From Octopus sinensis (taxonomy: Eukaryota), in assembly GCF_006345805.1 (NCBI RefSeq), contig NC_043003.1, positions 22,134,001-22,198,000 on the forward strand: 64,000 nt of DNA, read 5' to 3'. A program made the translations under genes and the position numbers. A model generated the notes under the pieces. The model was not told the DNA's origin. It did not search any database and saw only the letters and a program-made list of their open reading frames with translations. Shown here in pieces: positions 37,504-50,152 of the stretch (the stretch's first letter is position 1; every line of letters begins with the position of its first letter).

Positions 37504-38274
37504 TCATCATCATCATCATCCTCATTGTTTAACGTCCGCTTTCCATGCTAGCATGGGTTGGACGGTTCAACTGGGGTCTGGGGAGCCCGAAGGCTGCACC
37601 AGGCCAGTCAGATCTGGCAGTGTTTCTACAGCTGGATGCCCTTCCTAACGCCAACCACTCCGAGAGTATAGTGGGTGATTTTATGTGCCACTGACACAGG
37701 TGCCAGACGAGGCTGGCGAACGGCCATGCTCAGATGGTGTTTTTTATGTGCCACCGACACAGGTGCCAGACGAGGCTGGCGGACGGCCACGCTCGGATGG
37801 TGTTTTTTATGTGCCACCGACACAGGTGCCAGACGAGGCTGGCGAACGATCACGCTTGGATGGTGTTTTTTATGTGCCCAGAGCACGGAGGCCAGTCGAT
37901 GCGGTACTGGCTACGGCCACGTTCGGATGGTTTTCTTATGTGCCACCGGCACTGGTACCACAAAGATACAAATTCCCTTGATGTTCATCTATTTTGATTT
38001 GGTTTGATTTTCACTTGCCTCAACAGGTCTTGACAAGTGTCCCAAGAAGGAAGGTATGTACAGGTGGACTGATTACGTCCCAGGTAGGGGCCACGGGTTA
38101 TGGCCTCACTAGTCTTGCCGGGTCTTCTCACGCACAGCATACTTCCATAGGTCTCGGCCTCTAGTCATTTCCTTGGTGAGACCTAAAGTTCGAAGGTCGT
38201 GCTTCACCACCTCGTCCCAGGTTTTCCTGGGTCTACCTCTTCCACAGGTTCCCTCAACTGCTAGGGTGTAGCAC
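37504..38274 (-). mobile_element. RTE LINE 3' end (last ORF2 codons plus UTR with tandem units)
   Basis: CYTLAVEGTCGRGRPRKTWDEVVKHDLRTLG on -, then the UTR with three ~63-bp units and a (GAT)n tail. Confidence 0.9.
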
Positions 38275-38435
38275 TATATATATACCTTGATTTGTTTATT
38301 ATTCAGGTGGTCCTATATAACATTATTTTGCTTCACATTGTTCTAAATTGTCGTGTCTATGATTCCTGATTACCCATTTATATTTTTGAATAACCATGCT
38401 GTGTTGGTAAAAATATCTTTATTTGCATTTTTCAG

Positions 38436-38441
38436 AACAAG
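38436..38441 (+). CDS. Candidate 6-nt microexon (AACAAG) of an unidentified host gene
   Basis: atctttatttgcatttttcag|AACAAG|gtaagt in unique sequence. Frame-preserving, with TGC just upstream of the acceptor. Confidence 0.4.
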
Positions 38442-38827
38442 GTAAGTTAATCATTTTCCTAAGCATTGTCAACTGAGCAGTCAGGTAAGTTATGCTTGAT
38501 GAGCCTTCAGAAATGTAAAACTAGTCAGCTGATTCTCACTCTCTTCTGCTGAGCTCATGTTGTCTATCAACAGGTTATATTTCGATAACGGGACTATAAG
38601 CTTATTAATAGATTATATGTAACTTCCGTATGCACACTCGAATACATGTACTTATACATATAGGGCTTTTCAACTCAGTAATTTACATGCAAATATTTAT
38701 AGCTTTATGTGTGTGCTTTGAGATATTTCCCAAAAAGAATCCTACATACATACATACATACATACATACGCCACACACACACACTCACACACACACGCAC
38801 ATGCACATGCATATGTATATATAGATG

Positions 38828-38897
<70 letters not shown>

Positions 38898-39003
38898 ATT
38901 AAGGGTGCTGCAAGCAGCATCAGCACGCTAAAAATAGCAGCCAGAAGATGACTACAAATTTTCACTGATACACATTGATTGCATACCACTTGATATTAGT
39001 GTA

Positions 39004-39052
<49 letters not shown>

Positions 39053-39293
39053 TCATCATCATCATCATCGTTTCATGTCCGCTTTCCATGCTAGAATGGG
39101 TTGGATGATTTGACTGAGGACTGGTGAAGCAGATGGCTGCACCAGGCTCCAATCTTGATCTGGCTGAGTTTCTACAGCTGGATGCCCTTCCTAATGCCAA
39201 CCACTCTGGGAGTGTAGTAGTTGCTTTTATATATATAACAGGTAATATTAATCACCACATCACAGCAGCTGTTCCCTGTTACTACTAATTTAA

Positions 39294-39766
39294 CCCCTGG
39301 CAGATCTCCCGCCAGCTGGTTATCAGTGCAGTGCTGCACCCTAAATATTGGTAGCAGGGAGAGTGAATCCCTACTATCCTCTAGTAGACCACAGAATCAT
39401 GAGACTGTCTCAGTTTCAAGATGGTTGGCTCATCCTCAATCGTGAGCACCTGGCTGCCAGAGCGATAGCCAGGATCTGCTCCAGCCAGCAATATATTGTG
39501 AACAAAGTGACCATTGGTCACTGATTTGCAACAAGCAAAATAGCTAGTCAAAAAATCTCAAGAAGACATCAGAGTAATAACTAAACTAATGAGTAAAGGT
39601 AATTGCCACATCAAAGTGGCTGTTCCATGAGCCAACCAGCTTGAAATTGAGTCAGTCTTGTGATCCTGTTGCTTGCTAGAGGATGGTATGAGTTCACTCC
39701 CCCTGCTAGCAATATATAGGGTGCAGCGCTGCACCAATAACCAGTTGGCAGAAGATCTGCCTCAGG
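39294..39766. mobile_element. piggyBac-like MITE with ~140-bp TIRs
   Basis: TTAA|cccctggcagatct ... agatctgcctcagg|TTAA (TSD at 39290-39293 and 39767-39770). Confidence 0.8.
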
Positions 39767-40599
39767 TTAAACTAAGCATTTTGCCTGGTGTGCTAACAAT
39801 TTTTCCAGCTCACCACCTCAAAGCCAAAAGAAATACTGCTAAGCATTTTGTCTGGCATCAAACGATCCAACTAGCTCCACCACTCTGACAGACAGATTGC
39901 TAATACTAAATATATTTATTGGATCGATTAATATCAAGAAATAAAAAAAGAAGTCAAACATATTAACATAAGAATAGCTCAGATAAAAACTAAGAAAAAG
40001 TGATATCGAAGTATTGAAGAACCATATTTCATTGAAAACATCTTCACTTCTGGTTTGTGAAAAATAAATTGGCTTCATTTTTGATATCTCAACATCAAAA
40101 ACAATTTTCTTTTAATATCAGAGCAACTTAGATGCTGTCTTTGGAGTCTGACGGATTTGTTCTTTGTTTTTAAAATAACAAGGGTTATTATGGGGAAATA
40201 AAACAGTTGACAAGAATTAATATGGATCAATTTCTAAGTTCACAGGCATTAGCATGGAGAAATAAAAAAACTTACTGACATAAGAATGACATAAATAAAA
40301 TTGATAATAAAAAAAGATTAAAAAACTGAAGAATTTTGTTCAAAACAACTCTACTAAAAATTATTGGAAAAAAAATCCCTTCAAAAACATTGTTATTTCA
40401 TTTAAAAAAAAGTTATTTCTAACATCATGGTGATGATAATGATGATGAAGACAATAAAAAAACAACTGTCATCCATAAACAAGTATGATTTGGTATCATG
40501 TACCATGGAGTCAGTAATGTTTTAGGTAACTTATGTAGTCATGAGTAGTTGTGAGTGTAGCGCTGATGCAGTCTCTTTCTCTCCCCCTCTTCATCCCAG

Positions 40600-40691
40600 T
40601 GGCACGTGGAGGATACGAGAGCTGGAGAAAGAGAGACAGAGAGAGAAAAAGGCTGAGGCTGCATCAGCGCTAGGCTGGTCCTCATTTTTAG
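40600..40691 (+). CDS. Candidate internal exon (GTWRIRELEKERQREKKAEAASALGWSSFL)
   Basis: Strong pyrimidine tract ending cccag| and donor AG|gtgaat, with an open frame. The sequence is purine-rich and lies inside an inverted repeat, so support is weak. Confidence 0.25.
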
Positions 40692-41478
40692 GTGAATAGA
40701 TTTGAGCAATGTTAAATGATGTGCCTTGCTTAAGGATACAATTGCACCACCCAGTCCAACAAGTTATCAAGCAAAATCTTCCCTTCTTTTGACTGAAGAA
40801 ATCAAAAGCAGCAGTCTTGTTTTCTTCCAAATTCTACCTTTTAACAACCATTTCTAACTTCTCAAATTATTCTCCCAGTTCATACGAAAGATGTGAATGT
40901 AAATTTTCAAAGTATTTTGTTGCATTTTACCTTTTTACTTGTTTCAGTCATTGGGCTATGGGCATGTTGGGCTGCTGCCTTGAAGGGCTCAGCTGAACAA
41001 AGCAACTCCAGTACTTATTCCCAAGTCTTGTACTTATTCTGTCAGTCTTTTTTGCCAAACTGCTAAGTTACAGGGAAATATAGAAACCAACACTAGTTGT
41101 CAAGGAATGGAGGGTGGGTCAAACGCAAATACAGAGACACATAGTGATGAGTGCCACATCATTCCACATCATGCCACATCTTCCATGTGGCATGATGCTT
41201 GAACAACTGTGAAGATCTCTTCACATGAAACCATTGGTTACCTTGCTAACTCATAAGTAAAGTGTGTGTGTGTGTGTGTGTGTGTGTTGTGTGTGTGTGT
41301 TGTGCATGTGTTGTGTGTGTGCATGTGTGTGTGTATATAAATTTATATAAATAAGGATAAGATCGTTATTTAAATATCGAACTTATCAAGTGGCCAGCAT
41401 GGGAATAAAAACCTTCAAAGGTAATAACTATTATTAAAATTATAATTTAAGGTATCTCTTAGATACCCTAAATTATAA

Positions 41479-41509
<31 letters not shown>

Positions 41510-41554
41510 AACTTACTGTTAACAAAAGTCAGGATGCGTAGCATTCAGCTACTC

Positions 41555-42159
41555 AATAAATGAAAAATGCATTAAATACTAAAAAAAGTACACAAAGTAC
41601 AGACACAGAAGGATCCTAATTTTTCATCATTTATCAACTGAAATTCTAGTACACAGTTTCATGCCTTTAACGATAAGACTGAGAACTTTGCATATTGGCA
41701 GCACCTGCAAAATTTGCAGAGAATTTGGACTTCAGCAAACAAAACAATACAGAGTGGACATATGAAGGAAAACAAATGTAATTTGAAATGATTGACAAAG
41801 AACAGAATAAACATGGCTTTTGGCCAAACATGAGCATGATGGGTAATACCTGGAAGCAATCTTGAATGGAGATATCATTCTCATGTTTGGCAGAAAGGCC
41901 GTATTTATTCCCCCTTCGTCAATCGTTTCAAATTACATTTGTATTCTTTCATATGTCCACTCTGTATTGTTTTGCTTGCTTGAGCCCTAATTCTCTGCAA
42001 ATTTTGCAGATGCCACCAATATGCAAAGTTCTCAGTCTTATCGTTAAAGGCATGAAACTGTGTATTAGCATTTCGGTCGATAACTGATGAAGAATTAGGG
42101 TCCTTCTGCGTTTGTCCTATGCTTACGTTTTTTAGTATTTATTGCATTTTTCATTTATT
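41555..42159. repeat. Large palindrome, ~280-bp arms with a ~45-bp spacer
   Basis: For example catgcctttaacgataagactgagaactttgcatattgg versus ccaatatgcaaagttctcagtcttatcgttaaaggcatg. Confidence 0.88.
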
Positions 42160-42356
42160 AGCATGGACTTTGTCAGTGAACAGGTCGCGGATTTTAGCGA
42201 CGAAAATATTTTGACAAATTAAACTTAAATGTTGAAGTGAATCGAACGGCTTTTGTGTGTTTCTTAAATGGCTTATAAACACCTTCCACGCTGCAATTGT
42301 TTTCGTTTCAGCACACGATCTCAGATCAAATTACTTGCTATGCGAGTACATCTCCG

Positions 42357-42403
<47 letters not shown>

Positions 42404-44258
42404 ATTATATATATATATATATATTATATATATGTATGATGAGTTTCTATCAAATTTACTCACAAAGAATTGGCCTGCTCAGGGCAATAGTAGAAGACAT
42501 TTGCCTAAGATGTCACAGAGTGGAACTGAACCAGATACCATGTGGTTCAAAAACTAGCTTATTAATCACAGTCATGCCTACACCATTATGTGTGTGTGTG
42601 TGTGGTGTGTGTGTGTATGTGTGTGTGTATGTGTGTGTGTGCGTGCGTGTATATACATACATATGTGTTTGCATATATATATATAATATATAAAAGTAAA
42701 ATTTATTATAAAATTTATTCTAATATGTGCAAAACAAATACAAATTGAAAGAAACTAACAAAATATGTACATAGAAGTTCAGCATAATGTATATTCATGC
42801 AAAAAATTGTTTGACACACTATTCATAAATAAATTTAAATTATAAAATGTAAAAAAAAAAAATGTAAAAAATTAACTTGTTTTTAAATAGCTGTCAGACT
42901 GGATGAAGTCTTTTCACAAAATGTTTGTTACACTAGAGAAGTCTGGGTATTTATTTTTAATTAATTACACTAATTGTGTGAAAAAAACATTATGAATTTC
43001 TGCTTTTATGTTTCCATTTCTCAATTAATTGTTCTGAGGTTATGAAGGAAAAATGTTTTATTTGGCAGTTTTCTTTCAGAAAATGCTCGGTTAATTTTAT
43101 TTAGGAAAAACCACAAATTTATGATGTAGTAAAATATATAGCTGATGTAATCTTGTATAGTAATCTAGGATAGCAATCATTTAATTTCCATCTAAAAAGC
43201 GAATTCAGGTAACGTGTCACTTCAGTTTTGCAGATACAGTACCTAAAACCCAAAATTTTCCACCTTATGAATAAACCAAACAGGAATGTTATATTTTCTT
43301 TTAAAAAAGGTGTATCTGTGGGTGAAGTGGCAGAATTGTTAACACGTCAGGTGAAATGTTTTGTGGCATTTTATCTGTCTTCGAGTTCTAAGTTCAAATT
43401 CTACTGAGGTCAACTTTACTTTTCATCCTTTTGGGGTCGACAAAATAGGTACCAATAGAGTACTGGGGTTGATGTAATCGACTTCTCTGAAATTGTCGAC
43501 CTTGTGCCAGAGTTTGAAATCTATATTTCATCTGTCCTTACATTCTGAGTTCAAATTCTGTTGAGGCAGACTTATCATTTCAGGGTCGATAAAATAAGTA
43601 CCAGTTGAGTACTGGGGGCTGATGAAATCAACTTAACTATTCCTGGGTATGAGTATAGAAAACTGCATCCTTCTGTCAACCCATGTTGAGCCAATGTGGC
43701 AGAGAAGGCTCATCAAACCGGGATGATCTCAAGTTCAAATACATAGTCTCTAACATCAGACTGTGATTGGTGGAGAGAACATGCTGAGGCCTTTGTCCAG
43801 TAGTGGACTGAACGTAGGCAGTCCAATCCAATCTAATCCAATCTGTTGGGTATCATAGGCTTAACATTCACAACTTTTAATTACAGATTAGATTTACCAG
43901 TAATCAAACTCATGGCCATATGATCATGAGCTGAACACCCTAGCCACTAAGCTATGCCCCTCCATATATACATAGACACACAGACACACACACATACACA
44001 CACACACACACAGACACACACACATTAGTTAGTCATCCATAGATCAGTGAAAATGTACACTCTAAAAGAGATTTTGAGATCTTATACTCTAATATTGTTG
44101 AGTAGAATATTCCTGGTCATGGCATGTAAACTGTCAGAAATCTACCATTAGCTTTGTATCTACTATTGCACTTAGGTCATCAAGTACAATAGTTGACATG
44201 AAACCAATGGTAACTAGCTGAGCAGTTCGAAGCCATAACCAGAAATATACTACTTGAC

Positions 44259-44565
44259 AATATCACCGTGACTGACCAGGCTATCAGATGTTGCTACATA
44301 TTGCTGGTTACAATGTGCTTTTCAATGTTTTAGCCTTCAAATGCAGCCACCCCGCTGGCTAAGCGAGCAGGCCAACAGAGGAAACAGTGAGAGAAAGTTG
44401 TGGCAAAAGAGTACAGCAGGGATTGCCACCATCCCCTACTGGAGCCTCATGGAGCTTTAGATGTTTTTGCTCAATAAACACTCACAACGTCCGGTCTGGG
44501 AATTGAAACCGCAATCCTATGACCGCAAGTCTGCTGCCCTAACCACTGGGCCATTGCGCCTCCAC
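44259..44565 (-). mobile_element. SINE family C (tRNA-derived)
   Basis: Reverse complement of 49838-50152; head gtggaggcgcaatggcccagtggttaggg. Confidence 0.85.
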
Positions 44566-46092
44566 TCGGCAATATATAAGTATATATATAAGTATTTATA
44601 TATTCGTTTGTAGAAATACATAAATCTGGAGAAGCACAATCTAAAATGTAGAATGGTTAATATCATAGTCAGGTTTATGGGATTACCCTGGATTTTTCGC
44701 TCATAAGAGGAATAGCCTTACCGCGTATTGTCAGACCCCAAACACTATTCAGGTTAGCAGTGTTTGGGGTCTGATGATACACTGTAAGGCTATACCCCGT
44801 ATGAGTGAGAAACCCAGGGTAACCTCATAAACCGGCCTACCCTACTATAATATAAGTATATATATATATATATATACACACATACATATATATATACATA
44901 TACATACATATATATACATATACATACATATATGTATATAGGTGTGTGTTTGTATTGTTTTGATATTATATATTTTATGAGTTCATAATCAGCTGATTCT
45001 CAGCTTTAAAAAGTTATGGACAAAACAAAATAAAAATAAGAATCTCTTTTTATCGACAATATTGGTACTGCATTATTTATCTTTGTTTATATATGAAAAT
45101 ATAAATGTTGTATATTTAAATAGTTTTGAATAAAAAAAAAAAAATTATTATTACTCTCTAAAATTTTCACATCTCACTGGACATAAAACTGTATATGAAA
45201 TACAGTTCTGCTGTCATGACAATAGTCTTATGTGTAAATAAAAATCAATAAAGAAGCATAAACTGGTTATTTTGCAAACATTTTGAATAATGTAGTATAT
45301 ATGTTACAAAATAAGATGGAAATACGTAGACAAAAATACCAGCACAAAGTATTGATGAATAAAATTACCTCTTCTTTTTATTGTTTAAAATATAGATTGC
45401 AGCTCTTACTGCAAGGTACCATGAGTAAATATCTCCTGCTACCAAAGCCTTGTGTGTGGATTGTTTGTTCTTTCTTGAGCCATGCTTGGCTCATAAGGGC
45501 TGGTTTCCCAGTTTCCTTGGCGTATAGGTTCCCCACCTGGACAGGACACCTGTCCGTTGCAGGTGAGCTGCAAGATGCAGGAGGAAAGAGTGAGAGAAAT
45601 TTGTGGTGAAAGAGTCAGCAGAAGTTCGCCATTACCTTCTGTCGGAGCTGCATGGAGCTTAGGTGTTTTCACTCATAAAAACACAAGTTGCCCAGTCTGA
45701 GATTCGAACCCGTGATTCCTTGACTGCGATTCCGCTGCTCTGAGCACTAGGCCATGTACTTCCACTGTGTGTGGATTAGGTAGACAGAAATTGAAAGAAA
45801 GTTGTCATATATGTATATATATATAATATATATATATATATGAATGTGTGGTGTGTGTATGTGTGTGTGTGTATGTGTCTCCTTGTTTTGATATTGTGTG
45901 AAGTTGTATATGAGAGTCACAGCAGTGTCATTCATCTCCAATATTCTGTGAAAACATGTCTGGCCATGAGAAAATATTACCTCTGCTTGCAAACAAGTGA
46001 GGGTTGGTGACAGATAGGGCATCAGGCCATAGAAAATTGGCTTCAATAAATGGACCTTTTCTGTTTGGATTTCACTTTTCAATTTCCGTGAG

Positions 46093-46450
46093 TCATCAGA
46101 GGATGTGCAGATTAGTTATGGTTCAGTGCAGTCCATTATCACTGAAGATTTGGGTATGAGACATGTGTCTGCCAAGTTTGTGCCAAAACTGCTGACCAAA
46201 AAGATACTTGGGTTTCAGGGCAAAATTTGATGTAGATTCTCTGTTCAACTTTCCTTGTCATGGTTAATGTGACGATCACACACCTTCCTTCCAAGTATTG
46301 CTGTAAACAGGGAAATCAAGCTAGAACATTAAAACTTAGTGCACATGCACAGCAGAGTTCAAGGTCAATCTGTGCCTAGCGGCTTCACTTTGCGTGCTTT
46401 AGCTTTGTTACTATGGCAACAGTCCGGATACTTATTGAGCAGACCACGTA
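46093..46450. mobile_element. Second partial copy of the fold-back mariner derivative
   Basis: Same transposase segment (gatgtgcagattagtt...gccaagtttgtgccaaaactgct) joined to the inverted 5' end, ending tccggatacttattgagcagaccacgta. Confidence 0.85.
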
Positions 46451-46460
46451 TATATATATA

Positions 46461-46495
<35 letters not shown>

Positions 46496-46587
46496 TTGAT
46501 TATAATCATCCATTTTGAATTATATGGATTATACCATACAAAATTCTGGTGCCTTTAACTTAAGTACCATATTCATCTGAATCTATA

Positions 46588-47068
46588 TACCATAAATCCT
46601 CAAGTATAATCGCATTTTTTCCCAAAATTTAAAGGTCAAAATCCCTAGTGCGTACTACATATGAGGTTAAAAATGAAGAATATTTTCTAAGCAATGTCCG
46701 AGTCTCTATTTTCTGTCCAGCAATGTTTATTCAGACGCATTTTGTGATGACAGGCGCGAAAATACCTCAAGTTAAGCCTGAAAGCAATGAAGTCATAAAA
46801 GAATCATCCATAACTTGCAGTAAGCAACATTTAATAAATGTTATTACTGTTATTTCTTTATTTTCTGCAAACAAAATGCACAAAAAAGCTACATGTTTGC
46901 ATTATGTTATATATACAATAATAATAAAGAACATTACCATATACATTTTTACAAACCAAGGATGTTATATAGACCTCCTTGATTCAAGTTTTAGGTTTTT
47001 CAGAAGTACAGCCCCGTAAAAATCCCCTGCATATTATACTCAAGGGCGGACTATACTCGAGGATTTAT

Positions 47069-47072
<4 letters not shown>
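46588..47072. mobile_element. Non-autonomous DNA transposon (Tc1/mariner/pogo-type MITE)
   Basis: TIRs taccataaatcctcaagtataatc / gactatactcgaggatttatggta in a TA-rich context. Confidence 0.75.
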
Positions 47073-47166
<94 letters not shown>

Positions 47167-47611
47167 ATAATTAGTATTCAGCTAATTAAACGACCTGTTA
47201 TATTATTATTTCCATTATTACATAAGTGGTGAAAGTATCATAGACCATAACAACTAATTGCTTTTGATGTGAACGTCAGAGGAGGGAGACAGAGAGGACA
47301 AAGACAAATGAAGATACTCTGCTACTGTTAATGATATTACTAGATTAATTAGATAATTGCTAACACCATAGACAATAATTAAACATGACTTCAATTTAGA
47401 GTTTATCCTTCTTCAAATTCCATTATATTATAAGCTGTTTAATTATAATAATTTATTAAAGTTTATGCAACATAATTCTTTTAGCTTTCATCTCATATTT
47501 GTTTCAGTCATTGGTCTTTGGCCATGCTGGGGCATCACATTCAAATGATTTTAGTCAAACAAATTAGTTCCAGTACTTATTTTTAAAAAAACCTGGTGTT
47601 TATTCTCCTGT

Positions 47612-47862
47612 GCAGGTGGCACATAAAAAGCACCATTTGAGCATGGCTGTTGCCAGGACTGCCTGACTGGCCCCCGTGCCGGTGGCATGTAAAAGCACCC
47701 ACTACACTCTCAGAGTGGTTGGCGTTAGGAAGGGCATCCAGCTGTAGAAACTCTGCCAGATCAGACTAGAGTCTGGTGCAGCCATCTGGTTCACCAGACC
47801 TCAGTCAAATCGTCCAACCCATGCTAGCATGGAAAGCGGACGTTAAACGATGATGATGATGA
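47612..47862 (+). mobile_element. RTE-type LINE 3' UTR and tail
   Basis: Same tail as 3128-3547. Confidence 0.8.
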
Positions 47863-48526
47863 TGTCTCATATGCCAAACTGCTAAGTTGCAGGGACGTAA
47901 ACAAACGAATACCAGTTGTTAAGTGGTAGTGGAGGCAAACACAAACATATATATATATATACGCACACATAGATGTAGGCATACACACACACAAACATTA
48001 GATGGGTTTATTTCAGTTTACGGTAACCAGATCCACTTACAAGGTTTTGTTTGGCTCAGGGCTATTGTAGAAGACACTTGCCCAAATTGCCATGCGATGG
48101 GACTGAACCTTGAACAATGAGGTTGGGAAGCAAGTGACTTACCACACAACCATGCTTGAATATTTTTCAGTTTTGTTGTATTTTGTTGGAAGCTAAATAC
48201 AAAAATAGACAGAAACCCACCATGCTGGAAATAGCAGCCAAAACTTGTCCCTAAAACCACATTAAATGTTCATACAGCACCAGGATGTATGAACATTTAA
48301 TGTGGTTTTAGAGTCAAGTTTTGGCTGCTATTTCCAGCGTGGTGGTATCTCTTAGATACCCTAAATTATAATTTTAATATAATAATTATTACCTTTGAAG
48401 GTTTTTATTCCTATGCTGGCCACCTGATAAGATCGATATTTAAATTAACAATCTTATCCTTATTTATATAAATATAAATATATAAAGTTGATGAACCACC
48501 TATTGATCCCCTCCATTTTCTTATTG

Positions 48527-48570
<44 letters not shown>

Positions 48571-49229
48571 AGAATTCATGAAAAAACAAAAGATGAAGAC
48601 AGGTGGTGTAGAAAACAAACAGATGTATTAGTATAATGCTCGGGAATTGAAAAAGTCTTTAACATTTCGAGCCTACACTCTTCTACAGAAAGGAACACAG
48701 AAAGAAACAAGGAGAGAAAAAAAAATGTGTGTAGTGGCTACCGATCTATCATGGTAATATATATATGCTGGTTTTCTTTCAATTTCCATTTACCGTTTCC
48801 ACTTACAAGGCTTTGGTCAGCCTAGTGTTACAGAAAATACTCACCCAAAGTGCCATGCAATAGGACTGAACTCAAGACCACATGAATGAGAAGTGAGCTT
48901 CTTAACCACACAGTCATGTCTGTGCCTATGCAAAATATCAAAAGAATGTTTGCTCGTCTATTTGATAATTTTATAGTTCAATATAATAGTCTAACATACT
49001 TTGTGTGTATAGAATGGAATTTAAAACCAGGTTGTTCCTCAAACTAGCTTCATTTTACTAATGGAATTGTATGATTTCTGTCTCAAATATCCTTTGAAGA
49101 AGTATGGATATCTCAAATTTGAATCACTGTTCTGTTTTCTATATAAATCATGTATCTTTATTCACGCAAGCATGTATCTGACTCATACACTGTTCACTTT
49201 CGAGACATTTGTACATTACTGCATATGCT

Positions 49230-49733
49230 TTATACGCACTTTTGACAAGTTGTGGTGCACCTGAGCACTGTATACAATAATTTCATTATTATTATTATTA
49301 TTAGTTTTATTTTTAGTTTCATTACAACATTTTCTGAGCAGAAGACAAAAATGAATAATGTTAATGTTTTTTTTGAAAGAACCTCAGTGATGTGACCAAA
49401 ACATAATTGTTTGGGAAAATAAACTGAAATAGGATAATACATACAAGCATACAAGGTGGCCCTCTGAATTGAACCTAAGGGCCTGTCTAAAAATGTAGGT
49501 ATGAATTCTGACATGCAGATCCAGTTAGAATGCTTGTGTCTCTTGTTGTTGGGCATGGCTTTGTAGTCTCTGTTGCAGTTGTCCATGTTACATTTTACAG
49601 TCTTTACAATATTCACAGAGCATTCAGCTGCTGTCATGATGTCAGAATTTTGATACCTGACAAGAATCATCATGATACAGATAACTCTTTTCCAATATTC
49701 AAATAACTTAATCTTTATGTCATCCAATGCCAC
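49230..49733 (-). other. 167-codon non-repetitive ORF, possible host exon
   Basis: Unique sequence with an internal acceptor tcttgtcag| and downstream gtatgc/gtatgt donors. No family recognised. Confidence 0.2.
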
Positions 49734-49837
49734 TGACTGTTCACCAACACATCAAACTGTTCCACATAAAAGGAGACATTAAAAAAATCGTCAAATTTAG
49801 CCCAGACCTTGTATATACTTAATATCTGTATATATAT

Positions 49838-50152
49838 GTGGAGGCGCAATGGCCCAGTGGTTAGGGCATTGGACTCGTGGTTGTAGGATTGCCGTTTTGA
49901 TTGCCGTTGTAGGATTCCCAGACCGGGCGTTGTGAGTGTTTATTGAACAAAAACACCCAAAGTTCTACGAGGCTCTGGCAGGGGGTGGTGGCGATCCCTG
50001 CTGTTCTCTTTCGCCACAACTTTCACTCTTTCTTCTGTTGGCCTGCTTGCTTAGCCAGCAGGGTGGCGTCATTTGGAGGCTAAAACAATGCGAAGCGCAT
50101 TGTGACCAGCGATGTGTATCAACATCTGATAGCCTGGTCAGTCACGGTGATA
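49838..50152 (+). mobile_element. SINE family C
   Basis: tRNA-like head with A and B boxes; an inverted copy lies at 44259-44565. Confidence 0.85.

Noticed and set aside
37680-37880. Regularly spaced ~63-bp repeats suggestive of a CRISPR array
   Set aside because: The whole unit repeats with no unique spacers, there are no cas genes, and the context is a eukaryotic LINE UTR.
42050-42100. GAAA...GTC...CTGATGA as a possible type II hammerhead in the large palindrome
   Set aside because: Only five nucleotides lie between the cleavage triplet and the core, too few for stem I.
42891-42946. Possible 56-nt plus-strand exon (LSDWMKSFHKMFVTLEKSG or VRLDEVFSQNVCYTREVW)
   Set aside because: Weak donor gtattt, ambiguous frame and no recognisable homology.
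43200-43208. Possible 9-nt microexon aag|CGAATTCAG|gtaacg
   Set aside because: The acceptor is preceded by an A run and the signals are within chance expectation. Kept only as a weak candidate.
45369-45408. Possible 40-nt minus-strand exon (RAAIYILNNKKK) with cttgcag| and AG|gtaatt
   Set aside because: Short and AT-rich; such site pairs arise by chance, and it cannot be linked to a known protein.
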